Position numbers and translations under genes: made by a program. DNA of 64,000 bases from Minisyncoccota bacterium (GTDB lineage Bacteria; Patescibacteriota; Minisyncoccia; Moranbacterales; GCA-2747515), in assembly GCA_937936355.1 (NCBI GenBank), contig CALDDM010000002.1, positions 93,173-157,172 on the forward strand. Reading direction: 5' to 3'. The notes beneath the pieces were generated by a model. It saw nothing but the letters and a program-made list of their open reading frames with translations, did no database searches and had not been told where the DNA came from. Below are positions 60,779-64,000 of this stretch, one piece after another. The stretch's first letter is position 1; every line of letters starts with the position of its first letter.

Positions 60779-62122
60779 ATGGAATCTCTCTTAATCTTTT
60801 TGAAGAAAATCATTCCGCGGCAACTCTTTAGGGTGTTGCAGCCTTTTTACCACCGACTTCTTAATTGGCTTGCTGCAGTGTGGTATCGTCACCCGAGTGA
60901 GGAGATGATCGTCATTGGTGTGACTGGAACAACTGGCAAGACAACAGTTGTTTATATGATTGCCCAGATGTTGCAGAATTCTGGTAAGACTGTGGGGTAC
61001 ACTTCTACGGCAATGTTTGGTGATGGTAAAAAAGAGTGGCTTAATGATAAAAAAATGACCATGCTTGGCCGTTTTTTTACGCAGCGTATGCTCCGTACTA
61101 TGGTGGATAATGGCTGTGAATATGCGATTGTCGAGACAACATCAGAGGGTGCTGTGCAATTTCGTCATCGATATATCAACTATGACCTTTTTCTGATAAC
61201 AGGGTTGTACCCTGAGCATATAGATTCACATGGAAGCTTTGAGAATTACAAAGCTGCTAAGCTTTCTCTTTTTGCGCATTTGACATCTTGTCCGGAGAAA
61301 CAGATTACTCGTCAGGCTAAAGAACTTGCCAAGAGCATCATTGTGCACGGTGACGATGAGCACGCAGTAGACTTTCTCGCTTTTGATGGCGTTGGTAAAC
61401 ATGTCTTTGCGCGTTCTGGATCGCAGATTGCCCATCTTGCAGGTGACAAGATGTATTATAAGTATATAGAAACAACTTCTCGTGGTGTGCGATTTCAATT
61501 GGAGGGTGAGGATGTTCAATTGCAGCTGCTCGGTGACTTTACTGCGACCAATGCCTGTGCTGCAGCAGTTGTTGGTAAAGTCCTTGGTCTGTCGCTTGCA
61601 GAGATTGGAAGTGGGTTGGAGGGTATTGAAGGTATACCAGGACGTTTGGAGCGTTTGCACTGCGGTCAGGATTTTGAAGTGATTGTTGACTACGCGTTTG
61701 AGCCTGTTGCTGTCAAAAAACTTTATGAAACTGTATCACATCTTTTGCCTGAGCGAATCATCCATGTACTTGGTTCGACTGGGGGTGGGCGTGATGTAGC
61801 GCGCCGTGGTGAACTGGGCACGATTGCTGGACATAACGCGTCAATCGTCATCGTGACCAATGAGGATCCGTATGATGACGATCCGATGGAGATTATGCTA
61901 GGTGTTGCTCGAAGTGCGCGCGATGCAGGTAAGTCTGATGACCGGGATCTCTACATTATTGAAGACCGTCGCCGTGCTATAGAAAAGGCGTTAAGCTTAG
62001 CTGAGCCTGGTGATGTGGTCCTCATCACGGGGAAGGGTTGTGAGCAGGCGATTGCAGTCGCTGATGGCAAAAAAATCCCATGGGATGATCGTGTCATTGC
62101 GCGTGAGATGCTCTGTTCGTAG
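60779..62122 (+). CDS. Mur ligase family protein, MurE-like (UDP-MurNAc-tripeptide synthetase)
   Basis: 447 aa. P-loop VIGVTGTTGKTTV, ...VTNEDPYDDDP (compare MurE DNPR region), LITGKGCEQ. It lacks the usual MurE N-terminal domain. Confidence 0.75.
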   Translation: MESLLIFLKKIIPRQLFRVLQPFYHRLLNWLAAVWYRHPSEEMIVIGVTGTTGKTTVVYMIAQMLQNSGKTVGYTSTAMFGDGKKEWLNDKKMTMLGRFFTQRMLRTMVDNGCEYAIVETTSEGAVQFRHRYINYDLFLITGLYPEHIDSHGSFENYKAAKLSLFAHLTSCPEKQITRQAKELAKSIIVHGDDEHAVDFLAFDGVGKHVFARSGSQIAHLAGDKMYYKYIETTSRGVRFQLEGEDVQLQLLGDFTATNACAAAVVGKVLGLSLAEIGSGLEGIEGIPGRLERLHCGQDFEVIVDYAFEPVAVKKLYETVSHLLPERIIHVLGSTGGGRDVARRGELGTIAGHNASIVIVTNEDPYDDDPMEIMLGVARSARDAGKSDDRDLYIIEDRRRAIEKALSLAEPGDVVLITGKGCEQAIAVADGKKIPWDDRVIAREMLCS

Positions 62123-62224
62123 ATTTGAGATAGGCTATGAAGCGCCTTTTTACAGTCGCTTTGCAGTTGACTTATTATAATATATGTAGTATGGTATATT
62201 TAAGTAAAAGAAGAGGATAATAAA

Positions 62225-62551
62225 TTGCTTACAGTACTAAAAGAAGTGCCTGGGGAAAAAAACTTTCAAGCAGAGCAAATCTTTCGTGATTTGGAAGATT
62301 TTGTTACTGGATCTGGTCAGGATTTTTCGCTTTTTGTGGCTGCGTTCATGGCTCGTGATGAGGTATTGAAGCCCGATGATATCGCCGAGGCTTTGTATGA
62401 TTTCGCAATGGATGGTGGTTGTCTGGATAATACGGATTTAACGCTAAGTTGCTTGGAGTGCGCGCTCCGCCTCAAGGCAGATTTTCCACTATGCTTCGAG
62501 GAGCTCAGAGCTCTGCAGGTACAAACAATGCGACCAACGCTCTTGTTGTAG
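62225..62551 (+). CDS. small acidic protein, unknown family
   Basis: 108 aa with a TTG start and GAGGA 7 nt upstream. TTGACT promoter-like element at 62167. Confidence 0.4.
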   Translation: MLTVLKEVPGEKNFQAEQIFRDLEDFVTGSGQDFSLFVAAFMARDEVLKPDDIAEALYDFAMDGGCLDNTDLTLSCLECALRLKADFPLCFEELRALQVQTMRPTLLL

Positions 62552-62781
62552 TATGTATTGATTTTATAGAAAGCGCGCTGTCAAATCTATGATGGTGCGT
62601 TTTTATTATGCGAAAAACTGAATGGGATATTCGTGATGAAGTCATATGTGTTTCTGGGCTCGGGAAGCATAAGAACTCACATAAATCCTAGCTCTGCTGC
62701 GAAAGGTGCCGCATGAGCATGTGAGTTCTGGGTTATCTCTTTGTTTAACTGAGGTATCGTTGATACTTGTGAGGAATTCTT

Positions 62782-63243
62782 TTATACGAGAAATGTTTCG
62801 ATGAGCCAAATACAGCCGAGTGAGACGAGTGTTCCTACTGTTATGCCTCCGGCTACTTCGTTTGCATAGTGACCTACGCGCTCTTTGAGCTTCGGGAAGT
62901 CTTCTTTGTGTTCGATATCATCAAGTGTTGCGACAAGCTTGTTGATGGTTTTTCCTTGGAGGCCGATATTTATACGGACCCGCATCGCGTCGTAGATGGT
63001 GATGATTGCAAAGCCTGCGGCTACCGCGAATGCAGGGCTTTCTACGCCATTGTAATATCCAATCATTACGACGAGTGATGTAACAAATGCGCTATGTGCG
63101 CTTGGAAAATGTCCAGGTGCAAAGGCATAATCCCAGTTTAGGCCGTGGCGCAGTGTAAAGCGGAGAAATTTAATGCCTTGTGCAATTGCAAGTACGACGA
63201 TCGGGATGAGGAAGAGTTTGTTGGTAAGGATAAAGGTGTCCAT
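62782..63243 (-). CDS. DUF212 / divergent PAP2-family membrane protein
   Basis: 153 aa. GHFPSAHSAFVTSL and YDAMRVR motifs, 4 TM. Confidence 0.75.
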   Translation of the reverse strand: MDTFILTNKLFLIPIVVLAIAQGIKFLRFTLRHGLNWDYAFAPGHFPSAHSAFVTSLVVMIGYYNGVESPAFAVAAGFAIITIYDAMRVRINIGLQGKTINKLVATLDDIEHKEDFPKLKERVGHYANEVAGGITVGTLVSLGCIWLIETFLV

Positions 63244-63418
63244 ATTTTTATATGTGGGATTTCGAGGTTCTTATTACACAGCATTGTATCATGATTGTGT
63301 TTTATGCGGTATATTTCCTCATATTTTCACCTTCCTTTTTCTCGTGGCTTCTTTTCTTTTTCTTTACTTGACATGTATTTTGTGTTACTTTTTAATTATT
63401 ATAATTGTACAATTTTTT

Positions 63419-63997
63419 ATGGGATTTTTAGGAGTTTTGGGTGCCGGTGTGATTGCTTTGGTAGCAGCTGTTATCGGTATTTATAATGGACTAGTTCGTT
63501 TACGTGCAAATGTTGATGAGGCGTGGAGTGGTATTGATGTTCAGTTGAAGCGTCGTTATGACTTGATTCCAAACCTTGTCGAGACAGTAAAGGGCTATGC
63601 AAAGCATGAGAAGGAAACCTTGACCGAGGTAATGGAAGCTCGCTCCAAGGCAACTTCTATGAATATTGATATTTCTAAAGTGACACCAGAGATGATGTCG
63701 CAGTTTTCGCAAGCGCAATCTGGTATCAGTGGAGCTCTTGGTAAGCTTTTTGCTGTTGCAGAGGCGTATCCAGATCTCAAGGCAAATGAAAATTTCCTTA
63801 AGCTTCAAGAAGAATTAAGTATTATAGAGGATGCTATTCAATCATCCCGGCGATACTTCAATGGTACTGTGCGAGACTATAATGTACGTATAGAAACTGT
63901 GCCAAGTAATATTATTGCTGGCATGTTTAATTTTGCTAAGCGAGAATTCTTTAAGATTGCTGAGGTTGAAAAGGAGAATGTAAAGGTTCAGTTTTAA
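63419..63997 (+). CDS. lemA: LemA family protein
   Basis: ORF 63173..63997; ATG 63419 (MGFLGVLGAGVIALVAAVIGIYNGLVRLRANVDEAWSGIDVQLKRRYDLIPNLVETVKGYAKHEKETL) gives the canonical LemA N-terminus. The upstream extension of the track ORF is rejected. Confidence 0.9.
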   Translation: MGFLGVLGAGVIALVAAVIGIYNGLVRLRANVDEAWSGIDVQLKRRYDLIPNLVETVKGYAKHEKETLTEVMEARSKATSMNIDISKVTPEMMSQFSQAQSGISGALGKLFAVAEAYPDLKANENFLKLQEELSIIEDAIQSSRRYFNGTVRDYNVRIETVPSNIIAGMFNFAKREFFKIAEVEKENVKVQF

Positions 63998-64000
63998 TTT

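Noticed and set aside
1-64000. CRISPR arrays, rRNA and tRNA genes, integrases, transposases, reverse transcriptase or DGR components
   Set aside because: Visual scanning of all intergenic regions found no regularly spaced direct repeats. It also found no GGTTCGAATCC-type T-arms and no ORFs with recombinase or RT motifs. Absence by eye is not proof; tRNAscan, Infernal or minced would settle it.
1-64000. Alternative genetic code (UGA recoding, as in some CPR lineages)
   Set aside because: Conserved proteins end at TGA where expected (for example jag at 1380 and the GT4 gene at 22984). No conserved gene is broken by in-frame TGA, so the standard code 11 fits.

Overview
The gene content looks like the replication-origin region of a small-genome, CPR/Patescibacteria-like bacterium; that lineage call is inference. 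It uses the standard genetic code, since TGA is used as a stop. A conserved minus-strand block (flippase-jag-yidC-rnpA-rpmH) diverges from dnaA-dnaN-DUF721, and DnaA boxes sit on both sides of dnaA (bipartite oriC candidate). The rest is mostly housekeeping:
- Cell envelope: PBP1A, GT2, MraY/WecA-type GT4, FemX, MurE-like ligase.
- DNA metabolism: ruvC, ruvB and ruvA at three separate loci, rmuC, polA, holA.
- Other: pgl-tal-gdh, yebC, tsaE, cyclophilin, rpsT, pseudouridine synthase, LemA.

I saw no rRNA, tRNA, CRISPR array, integrase or transposase. Stretches that ordinary annotation does not explain:
1. 42.6-45.7 kb: a 1015-aa gene that covalently fuses two complete PilB/GspE secretion-ATPase modules. 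No other pilus or secretion genes are in the window. The two Walker-A regions share a 38-nt identical DNA tract.
2. 10.2-12.4 kb: an ATP-grasp ligase fused to a retropepsin-like (DTGA) domain, next to a stand-alone 7TM protein.
3. 28.4-33.8 kb: six small Cys-rich secreted or membrane proteins of unknown family. They lie in three units, each with its own near-consensus promoter and strong terminator. A 610-aa acidic HExxH protein follows, converging on a 1453-aa secreted protein with 8 lamin-tail-domain modules plus a PKD domain.
4. Two promoter-to-terminator units with no credible ORF (40.4-40.7 kb on +, 58.6-58.8 kb on -): candidate structured ncRNAs I could not assign to a known family.
5. 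48.4-51.1 kb: a minimal Bud32/RIO-like kinase fold lacking the catalytic Asp in a tsaE operon, and a Mu Gam-like DNA-end-binding protein co-transcribed with an unknown protein.

All coordinates of hairpins, boxes and promoters were counted by hand and may be off by 1-2 nt. No database search or folding computation was possible.
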